Part shown: positions 55,723-64,000 of the stretch, piece after piece | Numbering within the stretch: the first letter of the stretch is position 1 | How the letters are laid out: each line of letters starts with the position of its first letter | NCBI GenBank assembly: GCA_020638335.1 | Contig: JACKIT010000007.1 | Coordinates: forward strand, 45 to 64,044 | DNA length: 64,000 bases | Direction: 5' to 3' | DNA from: Rhodospirillales bacterium | GTDB lineage: Bacteria; Pseudomonadota; Alphaproteobacteria; Micavibrionales; Micavibrionaceae | Notes under the pieces: model-generated | What the model was told of the DNA's origin: nothing | The model's database searches: none | What the model saw: only the letters and a program-made list of their open reading frames with translations | Translations under genes and position numbers: made by a program

Positions 55723-56373
55723 TTATTCACCGTACATGTTCTTAAAGCCTTCTGTGACCCTGGCAACATATGCAGGGTCTTTATCGCGCCAGTATTTCGG
55801 GTCGCGCATCATGGATTGAAGATCCTGCTCGCCCAGCGCAGAAGGATTTTCGCTTTGCTTTTTGAGGCCCGGCTCTTCGGACTTCATCATTTTATAGAGC
55901 GCAAGCACACCTTCGTATGAACTGGAAAGATTCTCCAGCACATCGGCAGGAATATTTCTCTGGCCGAATGCCAGCAATTGTCGCGAGACTTCTTTCCATG
56001 CTTCAGGCCCGCCGAAATGATTCACGAGTTTTTCCACTTCGCGATCAGCACTAAAATCCGTGGCGACGGTTTTGATCATCGGCATCATTTTCTCTGCGGC
56101 CAGATCGTAGACCTCCTGCACCTGCTCCTGGGTCATACCTTTGGCGTGGAGACGCCGGTTCACTTCGCCGTCGGGTTCAAACAGGCCATGATCGCAATTC
56201 ACGCAATATTCTTCCGGTGATTTTGGCGCAGCCGGACCGGCGGACATTTTCTTTTCCAGTTCGGCGTAGGAATTAACCAGCGCATCCAGTCGGATCGCGC
56301 CGGTTTCGGGATTCTTGAATTTCTCCGGAATAATCGCCGGGTCAATATCTTCGATGAGTAGGTTTGTAGTCAT
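55723..56373 (-). CDS. Putative scaffolding protein (216 aa)
   Basis: Assigned by its position between the portal and capsid genes, its acidic helical composition and its size. No motif-level evidence. Confidence 0.55.
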   Translation of the reverse strand: MTTNLLIEDIDPAIIPEKFKNPETGAIRLDALVNSYAELEKKMSAGPAAPKSPEEYCVNCDHGLFEPDGEVNRRLHAKGMTQEQVQEVYDLAAEKMMPMIKTVATDFSADREVEKLVNHFGGPEAWKEVSRQLLAFGQRNIPADVLENLSSSYEGVLALYKMMKSEEPGLKKQSENPSALGEQDLQSMMRDPKYWRDKDPAYVARVTEGFKNMYGE

Positions 56374-56403
56374 GGTTTTGGTCTCCTATGTTTAAACTAC
56401 AGA

Positions 56404-56487
56404 GTGCGCAGAGACCGCAAAGAAAACACAAAGAATTTAATTATATATTCTCTGTGCGCTCTGCGGTCTCTGTAGTTGATTTTTCAT
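56404..56487. repeat. Family-2 hairpin element with perfect 10-bp termini AACTACAGAG / CTCTGTAGTT
   Basis: aaactacagagtgcgcagagaccgcaaagaaaacacaaagaa-tttaattatata-ttctctgtgcgctctgcggtctctgtagtt. Confidence 0.75.
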
Positions 56488-56780
56488 TGTGGCTTACGGC
56501 CACGATCGATGAGGCGCAAAATCGTGGCGACCATAGCGCGCTGGCCTTCAAGGTAGCGCAGTTGGTCGTCGCCTACGCCGGGGCCGAGCGCGCGCTGAAA
56601 GGTCACAACTTGCAAATGCGCCAGCACCTTTTGCCCGTCATCAGACGAAAAGAGGCGCGCGAAGGCTTTTTCGATTTCGCGCAGTTCGGTCTTGCCCGGT
56701 TCGGTCGGGGCATAAACCAGCCCCCGTTCAGCGGCGGTCATGGGCAGTGGGTCGGCTTTTTTGAAAATGTCAAATATCAT
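56484..56780 (-). CDS. Small phage protein (98 aa) translationally coupled to the portal gene
   Basis: ATGA overlap with the portal stop codon. It may be Bbp19-like (memory only, weak). Confidence 0.5.
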   Translation of the reverse strand: MIFDIFKKADPLPMTAAERGLVYAPTEPGKTELREIEKAFARLFSSDDGQKVLAHLQVVTFQRALGPGVGDDQLRYLEGQRAMVATILRLIDRGRKPQ

Positions 56781-58351
56781 GGTTGATCTCCTTGTTCGTG
56801 AGATGTTTTGTCAATGGCAGGCACGGCTTTAAGCACCTGTGATAAATCGAGCTCAGGGATGTCCTTGCGGATCAAATCATTCGGCACGCCGAGCGCATCG
56901 CCGAGAAAGCGCGCGGCTTGCGGCAGGTTGATCGCCGCGCTGGCTTCGGGGCCCATGGCCAATACAGAGCTGATCCAGCTCAGCGTATTTTGGACATTCT
57001 TTTGTCCTTGAGAGCGGGCCAGAGGCGAACGGTAATCCACTGCAACCAAACGACCATCAAGGGCGATATCGGGGATTTCACCGCGGCGCTTAAGGATCGC
57101 AAAGGCGCGTTTTATCAGCGGCGTGAGCAGTTCGGATTGCAGACGACCATAGGTCGCGCCGAGCAGTAACGACATTTCGGCGCTGCGCTCTAACACCTCG
57201 GTGGCAGTCATGCGCGGTGAGGCCACGGGGGCAAGTTTGTCGGCGAGCAGGGCATGACGGATGCGGGCTTGCAAACTATCGAGAACAAGCTGTGAGACAT
57301 CAAAGCGCCCCGGCATATCAAGGGGCTGCAATCCTTTAGAGCCAATTGCCTTGGGGATGATACTGCCGGGAGTGAGTTCGATATTGGCGGGGTTGAGCAC
57401 ACCATCATCGTCGGCTTGCCAAATGCCGGTGACGGCGATGGAGGCATTTTTGAGAATGAGTTCAACGACCTTATTGGCAGTTTTAATGTCGGGCAACGCT
57501 TTCATAATCGGTGAGCGGCCATAAATCTCGCCAGGGCTTTTCAGCCAGCGGAAAGAAATCATCGGCGATTGCTCAAACTTTCCAGCGCTGAGCAAGACAG
57601 GTTGATCGCCTTGTTCAATCAGGCAGGCATGGTAGCTGTAAATCAGCCCGTCAGGCAACACAGCTTCGAGAATTTTAAAACGCTCCTGCGGATCGCGAGC
57701 GGCGCGGCGGATAATTTCGGTGGGGAATTCAGAGGCCGGATAACGAGATTTAATTTGCTCCAGCGTGAGTTTCATCAACCGGAATGCACCGTCGAGATGG
57801 CCGTTATCGCCCTCTTCCAACACCACATGGGTGAGCGGCGTGGAGGAAAATTTAAAGGCTGAAAAACTGCCGGGCTGTGATTCCTCAAACACTAGCGAAG
57901 CGGTGCCGCCAACGATGAGGTCGAGATAGCATTGATGAATTTCGACGGCGAAGTTTGAGCGATCAAAATGATCCTGAATGGTCTTGGCTGCTTTTTCGAG
58001 TACAGGAGCAAGGCGTTCGGCCTCTTCATCACTCAATTCCGGTCCGGGCTTCAGCCCAAACCATTGCGACCAGGTCGGTGTCAAGTTACCAAGCATGGAA
58101 GAGGCCAGTTGATCGGCGGCATCCATGGCGGTGGCATCATAAATCTGATCGGTTTTGCTCTGCCCGGCCATTGGCTGGCTGGTAAAGCCGCCGCGCTGGG
58201 GAAGCGCGTAATTATAACACTCCTCCCACAGGCTTTCCCAGTTTGCGCGTTTCTTTTGCGCGGCATCAAAGCGATTTAATATAAGCGCCAACCGGGCCTG
58301 AATTTCTTCGGCTTCTAAAGGTTGGTCTTTTGTTGTTACAGTGTTTTGCAT
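56777..58351 (-). CDS. Portal (head-to-tail connector) protein, podovirus type, 524 aa
   Basis: Its size is close to T7 gp8, it is the first large gene of the structural block, and the N-terminus ..RANWESLWEECYNYALPQRG.. resembles other podoviral connectors. Confidence 0.75.
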   Translation of the reverse strand: MQNTVTTKDQPLEAEEIQARLALILNRFDAAQKKRANWESLWEECYNYALPQRGGFTSQPMAGQSKTDQIYDATAMDAADQLASSMLGNLTPTWSQWFGLKPGPELSDEEAERLAPVLEKAAKTIQDHFDRSNFAVEIHQCYLDLIVGGTASLVFEESQPGSFSAFKFSSTPLTHVVLEEGDNGHLDGAFRLMKLTLEQIKSRYPASEFPTEIIRRAARDPQERFKILEAVLPDGLIYSYHACLIEQGDQPVLLSAGKFEQSPMISFRWLKSPGEIYGRSPIMKALPDIKTANKVVELILKNASIAVTGIWQADDDGVLNPANIELTPGSIIPKAIGSKGLQPLDMPGRFDVSQLVLDSLQARIRHALLADKLAPVASPRMTATEVLERSAEMSLLLGATYGRLQSELLTPLIKRAFAILKRRGEIPDIALDGRLVAVDYRSPLARSQGQKNVQNTLSWISSVLAMGPEASAAINLPQAARFLGDALGVPNDLIRKDIPELDLSQVLKAVPAIDKTSHEQGDQP

Positions 58352-58367
58352 TGGTTAAGCCTCTTTC

Positions 58368-58634
58368 CTATTCGCCGAGCAAAGTTTTGCGCGGACTGCG
58401 ATCTTCGAGCGTGCTGAGCAGACCACGAAAGCCGGTAAGAACGGTGCCGAAACGGCTGCGTTCACGGCCCAAGAGATTTTGGGCGCGCACTTCCGATGCC
58501 GTTTCTACTGCGACAAGGTTTTCCGCACCGGTATTTTCGACGCTGCTTGTCGTGGTTGCGCTCATGGTTTGCGGAACATAGACAACTTGCGGCGTCGGCG
58601 TTGGCACACTTGGCCTTGAACTTAAACTTCCCAT
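58368..58634 (-). CDS. Small phage protein (88 aa from the internal Met), Ser/Thr/Pro-rich with a C-terminal ..TLLGE
   Basis: ORF. The start is taken at MGSLSSRPSVP. Confidence 0.4.
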   Translation of the reverse strand: MGSLSSRPSVPTPTPQVVYVPQTMSATTTSSVENTGAENLVAVETASEVRAQNLLGRERSRFGTVLTGFRGLLSTLEDRSPRKTLLGE

Positions 58635-59053
58635 GCTAAATCTCCTTTCGGGGTAAATGTCTGAATGGTTTGAATACGGTTTAAATAACGGTAAAGCTGC
58701 CAAGGCGTCAGGATCAGGCGCTGGTGAATCCCCAGCACACGTTTGACTGCCTCGACGCAGCTATAAACAGCGAAGGGCGCCGGGTGCGGCATGCGCTTAA
58801 TCGGTGCGGGCACAACCTTATGGCCACGATCTTTCATCCAGAGCGGCAGATCGAATTCCAGCGGCACGCGGTGGACAGTGATGTCGGTGTAATTCGACAG
58901 CGGATCAATGGTTATCCAGTTGTGGCCGTCATTCAGCAAAACTGCGCAATGACGAAAACCCGGTTTGAGTATTTTCAGCCATGCCAGATCGGCATGGCCG
59001 CTAAACATGACCCAGGCTTTGGTTGTGGTTTGTAATTCAGCATGCGAACTCAT
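58622..59053 (-). CDS. Hypothetical phage protein (143 aa) with a His/Cys pattern (possibly a papain-like or NlpC/P60-like fold)
   Basis: GFRHCAVLLNDGHNWITIDP ... YSCVEAVKRVLG. This is speculative. Confidence 0.4.
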   Translation of the reverse strand: MSSHAELQTTTKAWVMFSGHADLAWLKILKPGFRHCAVLLNDGHNWITIDPLSNYTDITVHRVPLEFDLPLWMKDRGHKVVPAPIKRMPHPAPFAVYSCVEAVKRVLGIHQRLILTPWQLYRYLNRIQTIQTFTPKGDLAWEV

Positions 59054-59502
59054 TGTACGGCGCCTTCTAAATTCAAATGATAATTCTCATAGAGCATGGC
59101 ATCTTGTGCCCAATTCCGGCTGGCGCTTGGCTCAGGCTTGATGATGCCTTTCTTTTCGAGAACTACGCCTATTCTCTCTAAAGCCTCATGCCAGAGCTGG
59201 AATGCGCGGGCTTCTTTGGCGCGGCGATCATCCGGCGCCAAATGCCGACGACCGTAATGGCGCAGCACCAGCAAATGATCACGCACTAAGCGCCGCTGGC
59301 GATACAGCCGGTCGAGCACTTTTAAAATATCGATCGGTTCACAGGGACGTGGGTACAGGCTTTGCCCGGCGACAAAACGTGCGCCGTCGGTGCGAGCTTC
59401 CTGCGCGGCGATAAACCAGAACCAGGCTTCTTCCGCATTGTGAAACGGTACAGTGTGCGAAGCGTTGCAGCCTTCTGTTTTTGTTTTATTTTCTGAATTC
59501 AT
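59050..59502 (-). CDS. First gene of the cluster: hypothetical, possible DNA-binding or regulatory protein (150 aa)
   Basis: The start is taken at MNSENKT, which has AAGGGGGG 8 nt upstream. It is Arg-rich and helical (LDRLYRQRRLVRDHLLVLRHYGRR). No family recognised. Confidence 0.5.
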   Translation of the reverse strand: MNSENKTKTEGCNASHTVPFHNAEEAWFWFIAAQEARTDGARFVAGQSLYPRPCEPIDILKVLDRLYRQRRLVRDHLLVLRHYGRRHLAPDDRRAKEARAFQLWHEALERIGVVLEKKGIIKPEPSASRNWAQDAMLYENYHLNLEGAVQ

Positions 59503-59589
59503 CTGTATTCCCCCCTTAATTTTAGATACATTTGTTCCCTTTATGTTCTCGTTTGTGCTATAAATTTTGTTATGAGTCAAGAATAAAAT

Positions 59590-59603
59590 AAGAATTTATT
59601 CCT
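59590..59603. promoter_or_regulatory. 14-bp palindromic motif AAGAATTTATTCCT in the divergent control region (candidate operator)
   Basis: It lies between the divergently oriented 150-aa gene and the HTH gene. It is related to 55063..55076. Confidence 0.35.
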
Positions 59604-59639
59604 ATTTATTTTTGTGCGCGCAAATGGGACTATTGTCCT

Positions 59640-59897
59640 ATGTTGACTCACGAGAAAATCTGGCTGGCGATCGACAGGCTGGCCAATGTGTTTGGTTACT
59701 CCCCATCGGGACTGGCCAAGCAGGCCGGGCTGGACCCCACGTCTTTCAATAAAAGCAAGCGCCATAGCCCGGATGGAAAACCGCGCTGGCCTTCGACGGA
59801 AAGTATCTCTAAGATCCTGTCTGTAACGGGCGCGACGATGAGTGAATTTATCGCACTGATTGATGATGATGACGAACACTATAAGGCCATATCGGCC
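59640..59897 (+). CDS. Cro/CI (XRE)-type HTH domain resembling the N-terminus of phage-repressor/S24-peptidase regulators; no stop codon before pyrE
   Basis: MLTHEKIWLAIDRLANVFGYSPSGLAKQAGLDPTSFNKSKR..GKPRWPSTESISKILSVTGATMSEFIALI is the N-terminal HTH of alphaproteobacterial CI/LexA-like repressors (memory). The S24 domain is absent. The ORF runs in frame into pyrE. Confidence 0.6.
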
Positions 59898-60572
59898 ATG
59901 GACAAGGACGAAATAGCCAAGAAAACCGCACAGATTTTGCTTGATACAAAATCGGTTTTATTTAATGCGCGCGAGCCTTTCACTCTCAAATCAGGCCGTG
60001 CCAGCCCGGTATATATTGATTGCCGCCGCCTGATTTCTTTTCCAAAAGAGCGCAGCTTTCTGATGGATGCGGGGGCGCAGATGCTGGCCAATGACATCGG
60101 CGCAGAGAATATCGATGTGGTCGCAGGCGGAGAAACAGCCGGGATTCCTTATGGCGCATTTGTGGCCGAGCGGCTGGGAAAGCCGATGATTTATGTGCGC
60201 AAGGAGCCTAAGGGCTATGGACGCATGGCGCAGATTGAAGGGCACTTGCCGGAGAAAGGCGAGACAAATGTTATTCTGGTTGAAGATTTGCAGACTGACG
60301 GCGGGTCCAAGAAAATTTTTGTGGATGCTCTGCGCGAAGCGGGCGCACAGGTTAAGCATGCCTTTGTCGTCTTCCATTACGGCATCTTTGCCGCCAGCGA
60401 ACAAAATATGAAAGATATGGGCATTACGCTGCATGCCCTGGCGACATGGTGGGATGTGCTGGCGCTGGCCAAAGAGCAGAATTACTTTGATAAAGAAACG
60501 CTTACGTCCGTGGAAGCGTTCTTGAACGATCCGGAGCGCTGGGAGCCGGCTGGTCAAGAGGGCGTGGCATGA
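59898..60572 (+). CDS. pyrE: Orotate phosphoribosyltransferase
   Basis: EIAKKTAQILLDTKSVLFNAREPFTLKSGRASPVYIDCR...VVAGGETAGIPYGAFVAERLGKPMIYVRKEPKGYG...VILVEDLQTDGGS. Confidence 0.93.
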   Translation: MDKDEIAKKTAQILLDTKSVLFNAREPFTLKSGRASPVYIDCRRLISFPKERSFLMDAGAQMLANDIGAENIDVVAGGETAGIPYGAFVAERLGKPMIYVRKEPKGYGRMAQIEGHLPEKGETNVILVEDLQTDGGSKKIFVDALREAGAQVKHAFVVFHYGIFAASEQNMKDMGITLHALATWWDVLALAKEQNYFDKETLTSVEAFLNDPERWEPAGQEGVA

Positions 60573-61327
60573 AGCTGGGATTTTTTGCCGGGAAAAAGCC
60601 GCGCGCGCAAAAAGCATTAGAAGAGTTGAAAAGCGCTTATGGCGCCGTGACGCCTGAAGAAGCCGATACGATTATTGTATTGGGGGGCGATGGTGCAATG
60701 CTGCGCGCCTTGCATGCTTTTGCGGATTACCAAGCGCCACTGTTCGGGATGAATCTGGGCACGCTCGGGTTTTTGCTCAATGAACACCGTAAGGATGGGT
60801 TAGAAGAACGGCTGGAGAAAGCCAAGCGCTTTACCATTCATCCTTTGATGATGGAGGCGACCGACAAAGACGGCAAAACGCATAAAGAGCTGGCTTTTAA
60901 CGAAGTTTCGCTTTTGCGTGAAACGCATAACTCAGCCAAGATTAAAGTGCATGTGAATGATGATGTACGGATTAAAGAGCTGGTCTGCGATGGGGTGATG
61001 GTTTCTACGGCAGTAGGCAGCACGGCTTATAACTCCTCTGCCGGAGGGCCGATTTTACCGTTGCAATCTAACATTGTTGCGATGACGCCGATTTCGGCGT
61101 TTCGGCCACGGCGTTGGCCGGGGGCCTTGCTGCATAACAAGAGCAAAATTACGTTTGAAATCCTGCAATCTGTTGAACGTCCTGTCAGTGCGACAGCCGA
61201 TTCAAAAGAGGTGCGCGATGTGAAAAGTGTGAGCATCGTGGAATCAAAAAAGATTTCCAAAACTTTATTGTTTGACCCTGAAAACCCGCTGCAAGAGCGG
61301 ATTTTTAAGGAGCAGTTTTTTAGTTAA
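60569..61327 (+). CDS. nadK: NAD kinase
   Basis: [14 protein letters not shown] (GGDG), NLGTLGFL, and [17 protein letters not shown]. Confidence 0.93.
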   Translation: MKLGFFAGKKPRAQKALEELKSAYGAVTPEEADTIIVLGGDGAMLRALHAFADYQAPLFGMNLGTLGFLLNEHRKDGLEERLEKAKRFTIHPLMMEATDKDGKTHKELAFNEVSLLRETHNSAKIKVHVNDDVRIKELVCDGVMVSTAVGSTAYNSSAGGPILPLQSNIVAMTPISAFRPRRWPGALLHNKSKITFEILQSVERPVSATADSKEVRDVKSVSIVESKKISKTLLFDPENPLQERIFKEQFFS

Positions 61328-62175
61328 GCCTTGCGCGGTTTACCCGGTTTGACGTCGCGCATACGGCGTTTTTCGGCCAGTTCGTTTTCTATCAGTTCGA
61401 GTTTTTCGGCAAGCTGTTCATTGATGCTGCCGCCTTTAACAATTCCACCTTCTGGGATAAGGCCAAGCCTTTGTGCAATATATTGATAGCCCTCGATCAG
61501 GTCGCCGAGATCGAAGCGAAAGCGGTCTTTGTCCAGCTTTTCACCCGTCTTGGCATCCCAGAGGCGGCAATTGTCTGGCGAAAGCTCATCGGCCAGCACA
61601 ATATACAGCTCACCATGCTCACCATAGATGCGGCCAAATTCGAGTTTAAAATCGACCAGCCGCAGACCGATGCCGGAGAACAGGCCGTTGAGGTAATCAT
61701 TCACCCGCCAGGCCATGGCGACGATTTCTTCCAATTCGTACGGATCGGCCCAGCCAAAGGTCATGATGTGGTCTTCGCTGACCATCGGATCATTTAGTTC
61801 GTCTTTCTTATAGTAATATTCGACCAGCGGACGTTGCAGGATTGTCCCCTCTTCCACGCCGAGACGCTTACATAACGAACCGGCGGCAATATTGCGCACG
61901 ACAACTTCGAGCGGGATAATTTCCACTTCGCGCACCAGTTGCTCGCGCATATTGATGGAGCGAATAAAGTGCGTCGGGATACCGATACCTTCGAGCTTGG
62001 TCATCAGATGTGCGGAAATGCGATTGTTCAACACGCCTTTGCCCGCGATCACGTCATGTTTCGCGCCGTTTCCTGCAGTCGCATCGTCTTTAAAATATTG
62101 TATAACCGTGCCCGGCTCCGGCCCCTTATAAAGCGTTTTGGCCTTGCCATCATAAATCATTTTTCTGCGCGGCAT
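61324..62175 (-). CDS. purC: Phosphoribosylaminoimidazole-succinocarboxamide synthase
   Basis: [17 protein letters not shown]...[14 protein letters not shown]...[14 protein letters not shown]. The start is taken at MPRRK. Confidence 0.93.
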   Translation of the reverse strand: MPRRKMIYDGKAKTLYKGPEPGTVIQYFKDDATAGNGAKHDVIAGKGVLNNRISAHLMTKLEGIGIPTHFIRSINMREQLVREVEIIPLEVVVRNIAAGSLCKRLGVEEGTILQRPLVEYYYKKDELNDPMVSEDHIMTFGWADPYELEEIVAMAWRVNDYLNGLFSGIGLRLVDFKLEFGRIYGEHGELYIVLADELSPDNCRLWDAKTGEKLDKDRFRFDLGDLIEGYQYIAQRLGLIPEGGIVKGGSINEQLAEKLELIENELAEKRRMRDVKPGKPRKA

Positions 62176-62255
62176 AAAAACCTCTTTTTTCATTAAGCAC
62201 TCAATCAATAGGACATAAAGCGGCAAAAAGCAATGATTACGTAGTGATTCTAAAC

Positions 62256-62654
62256 CTAACCCGGCTCTACAACTTGTTGTTGAGCCTCCACTTCTCTAAG
62301 CCGCCGGTGACCCGCATAAGAAAAGCCAAGAGCGCCAAAAGAAAACAGAACAGACAGCCCCGTCAAACTAACACTCGCGAGACGCTCATTCCACACCTTA
62401 TTCTCAGCCTTATTCTGTGCACATTGTTGTATAGCCACCCCGTTCAATTCAAGTCTTTCCAGGGCTACTATCTGCTTTTTCCCTTCTCCTGCTTCGGTAA
62501 ACTTAGCAACCAAATTATCTAGCTGCTTTTTTTGCGCGCGCCGCTTTTCTTGGTCGATGCAAACGCGTATATCCTCATCGGACGGCGTTGCATTCACCTC
62601 ATCAAATAATTTGAACACGCTTTCAACAGGGTTGGACAACCGCAGCAGCCACAA
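62256..62654 (-). CDS. Hypothetical protein with a C-terminal TM helix; it has only a TTG start and may be frameshifted relative to an upstream ATG at 62733
   Basis: The ORF has no internal Met. A 36-codon ORF ([36 protein letters not shown]) overlaps its 5' end in another frame. Confidence 0.35.
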   Translation of the reverse strand: MWLLRLSNPVESVFKLFDEVNATPSDEDIRVCIDQEKRRAQKKQLDNLVAKFTEAGEGKKQIVALERLELNGVAIQQCAQNKAENKVWNERLASVSLTGLSVLFSFGALGFSYAGHRRLREVEAQQQVVEPG

Positions 62655-62958
62655 TACAAGGAGCAGCCCACAACAACCCGCTTCCCCTTAAAGAGCGCGC
62701 CTCGTTCGCGGACATATTTTTGATCGTTTTCATTTTATATATCTTGTTATATATACTCATTGCACTGAATTCCCGTTATTTTTTATACATGATTCCTCCA
62801 CACCGTGGGACTAAACATCTACCGACTATACCTCCGAAAATTTATTGTTAAATGCATAACGAACTATCCTACATAACAATGGATTTTAGGCGATTCCAAT
62901 GCTACAAACCATGTTAGAATATTATTTTTAGTGGTAAACGCACATTCAAGAGGTAGAA

Positions 62959-63285
62959 ATGTCATCATTTGACGAACGCAAAGACGCATTTGAAAATAAA
63001 TTTGCTCATGAAGAAAAACTGGATTTTGCTGTAGAAGCCCGTTGTTCGAAGCTTTTTGGCCTTTGGGTGGCCGAGCAATTTGGCCTTGAGGGCGCGGATG
63101 CGAATACGTATGCGATGGAAGTCGTTGAATCCAATCTCGAAGAACCCGGTTTTGATGATATTTTACGTAAGGTGAGGCGTGATCTTGAAGGAAAAAATAT
63201 CGAAATTTCCGATCATATGCTGGGCACACAGCTTGATATTGCGCTTGAAAAAGCGCGGAAGCAGATTAAGGAGGAAGGCGCATAA
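62959..63285 (+). CDS. DUF1476 protein (alphaproteobacterial F1Fo-ATPase inhibitor zeta subunit family)
   Basis: MSSFDERKDAFENKFAHEEKLDFAVEARCSKLFGLWVAE is the typical DUF1476 N-terminus. Confidence 0.8.
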   Translation: MSSFDERKDAFENKFAHEEKLDFAVEARCSKLFGLWVAEQFGLEGADANTYAMEVVESNLEEPGFDDILRKVRRDLEGKNIEISDHMLGTQLDIALEKARKQIKEEGA

Positions 63286-63670
63286 AAAGCGCCATCATCC
63301 CATTTTGGGCATTCAAACATCAAAAAAGCCTCGAAATTTTTCGAGGCTTTTATTTTTTCCCACGTAAACCCATTCTCGCCGCACATAACTGCAACAAGAT
63401 CGAGCAGCCTCCCCATTCAACACGCCCGGCATTTTGCCTTGTTAATTACATGTTTCGTCTGCCTTTATACTCTTTCCAATTTATAGAAGCAATAAAAAAT
63501 GTATTTTAATAGAATGGCTTAGTTTAATTCTATAATTTAAATACTCTTCTGCATTTTTTATTCAAAAAGGGGTCCTTTTCGTACAAAAACGTTTTGCATT
63601 TGACTTGTCATTACGCTTGAAGCACCTTACATCTTTTGACGATACAAGCCCTTACGTGAGAGCAAATGCC

Positions 63671-63910
63671 ATGGCTATGGACGGTGAAACGATCAAGACG
63701 ATGATTACGGATAATATCCCAGGCGCAGAGGTGCATATTGAAGATTTGCGCGGTGATGGCGATCATTATGCGGCTCATATCACAGCACCGTGTTTTGTGG
63801 GGAAAAGCCGGGTACAGCAGCACCAGATGGTTTACAGCGCCCTGCAAGGGAAGATGGGCGGCGATCTCCATGCGCTGTCGATTAAAACGTCCGCGCCAAC
63901 CGAAGATTAA
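63671..63910 (+). CDS. bolA: BolA-family protein
   Basis: ...VHIEDLRGDGDHYAAHITAPCFVGKSRVQQHQMVYSAL......LHALSIKT. The start is taken at an internal Met, giving ~79 aa. Confidence 0.85.
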   Translation: MAMDGETIKTMITDNIPGAEVHIEDLRGDGDHYAAHITAPCFVGKSRVQQHQMVYSALQGKMGGDLHALSIKTSAPTED

Positions 63911-63936
63911 CACTTAGCAAGGAAAGAATTTTAACG

Positions 63937-64000
63937 ATGCAAAATGTTTTATTTGAACGTATTCAAAAGGAACTGGATAATCATGATGTAGTCTTATTCA
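63937..64000 (+). CDS. grxD: Monothiol glutaredoxin (Grx4 family), 5' fragment running off the window
   Basis: MQNVLFERIQKELDNHDVVLF. This N-terminus and its position after bolA are typical. Confidence 0.7.
   Translation, partial: MQNVLFERIQKELDNHDVVLF

Larger units (their letters stand above)
40687..59639 (-). mobile_element. T7-like podovirus-derived structural, packaging and lysis cluster (defective prophage or GTA-like locus), ~19 kb
   Basis: A collinear set of portal, scaffold, capsid, tubular A/B, T7-type fibre, TerS/TerL and a lysis cassette, all on the minus strand. No integrase, replication genes or RNA polymerase. The flanks are nhaD and pyrE. Confidence 0.8.

Noticed and set aside
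1-64000. Search for an integrase, transposase, CRISPR-Cas, restriction-modification system, reverse transcriptase or rRNA
   Set aside because: None of the ORF translations showed the corresponding motifs. These are the tyrosine recombinase R..H..R..Y context, DDE transposase signatures, Cas signatures and YxDD. No regularly spaced repeats were seen.

Overview
This window looks like an alphaproteobacterial chromosome; the species cannot be named from sequence alone. Housekeeping genes are purH (partial), lepA, acnA, a Cys/Met-metabolism PLP enzyme, yggT-folD, icd, a CBS protein followed by two ArsB/NhaD-type transporters, pyrE, nadK, purC, the DUF1476 ATPase zeta-inhibitor and bolA-grxD. Many orphan genes lie between them, and two families of palindromic intergenic repeats are scattered through the window.

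The main accessory feature is a ~19 kb, almost entirely minus-strand cluster at 40.7-59.6 kb. Its gene order follows the late region of a T7-like podovirus: portal, scaffold, capsid, tail tubular A and B, T7-type tail fibre, small and large terminase, then a spanin-like protein, endolysin and a 3-TM holin. It has no DNA replication genes, RNA polymerase, integrase or large internal-core genes. It abuts host genes directly: its stop codon overlaps that of nhaD, and a repressor-type HTH reads in frame into pyrE. It carries host-type repeats, a plus-strand tRNA-Trp flanked by a diverged 108-bp duplication, a PilZ gene with its own promoter, and an AT-rich three-gene cargo operon. My lead hypothesis is a long-resident, possibly domesticated (GTA-like) podovirus-derived particle locus. 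A decaying prophage remains the alternative.

Other notable loci:
- A 1674-aa mosaic giant protein with a membrane partner and two 122-aa paralogues.
- A HEPN-MNT pair translationally coupled to lepA.
- A Fic pseudogene with an internal deletion.
- An AT-rich DUF2971 gene whose start overlaps the stop of a Cys-rich membrane protein gene.
- An ECF-type sigma factor with a long C-terminal extension.
- An orphan CheZ-like gene.

No CRISPR array, rRNA, transposase or integrase was seen. All homology calls come from motif recognition by eye and from memory, not from searches.
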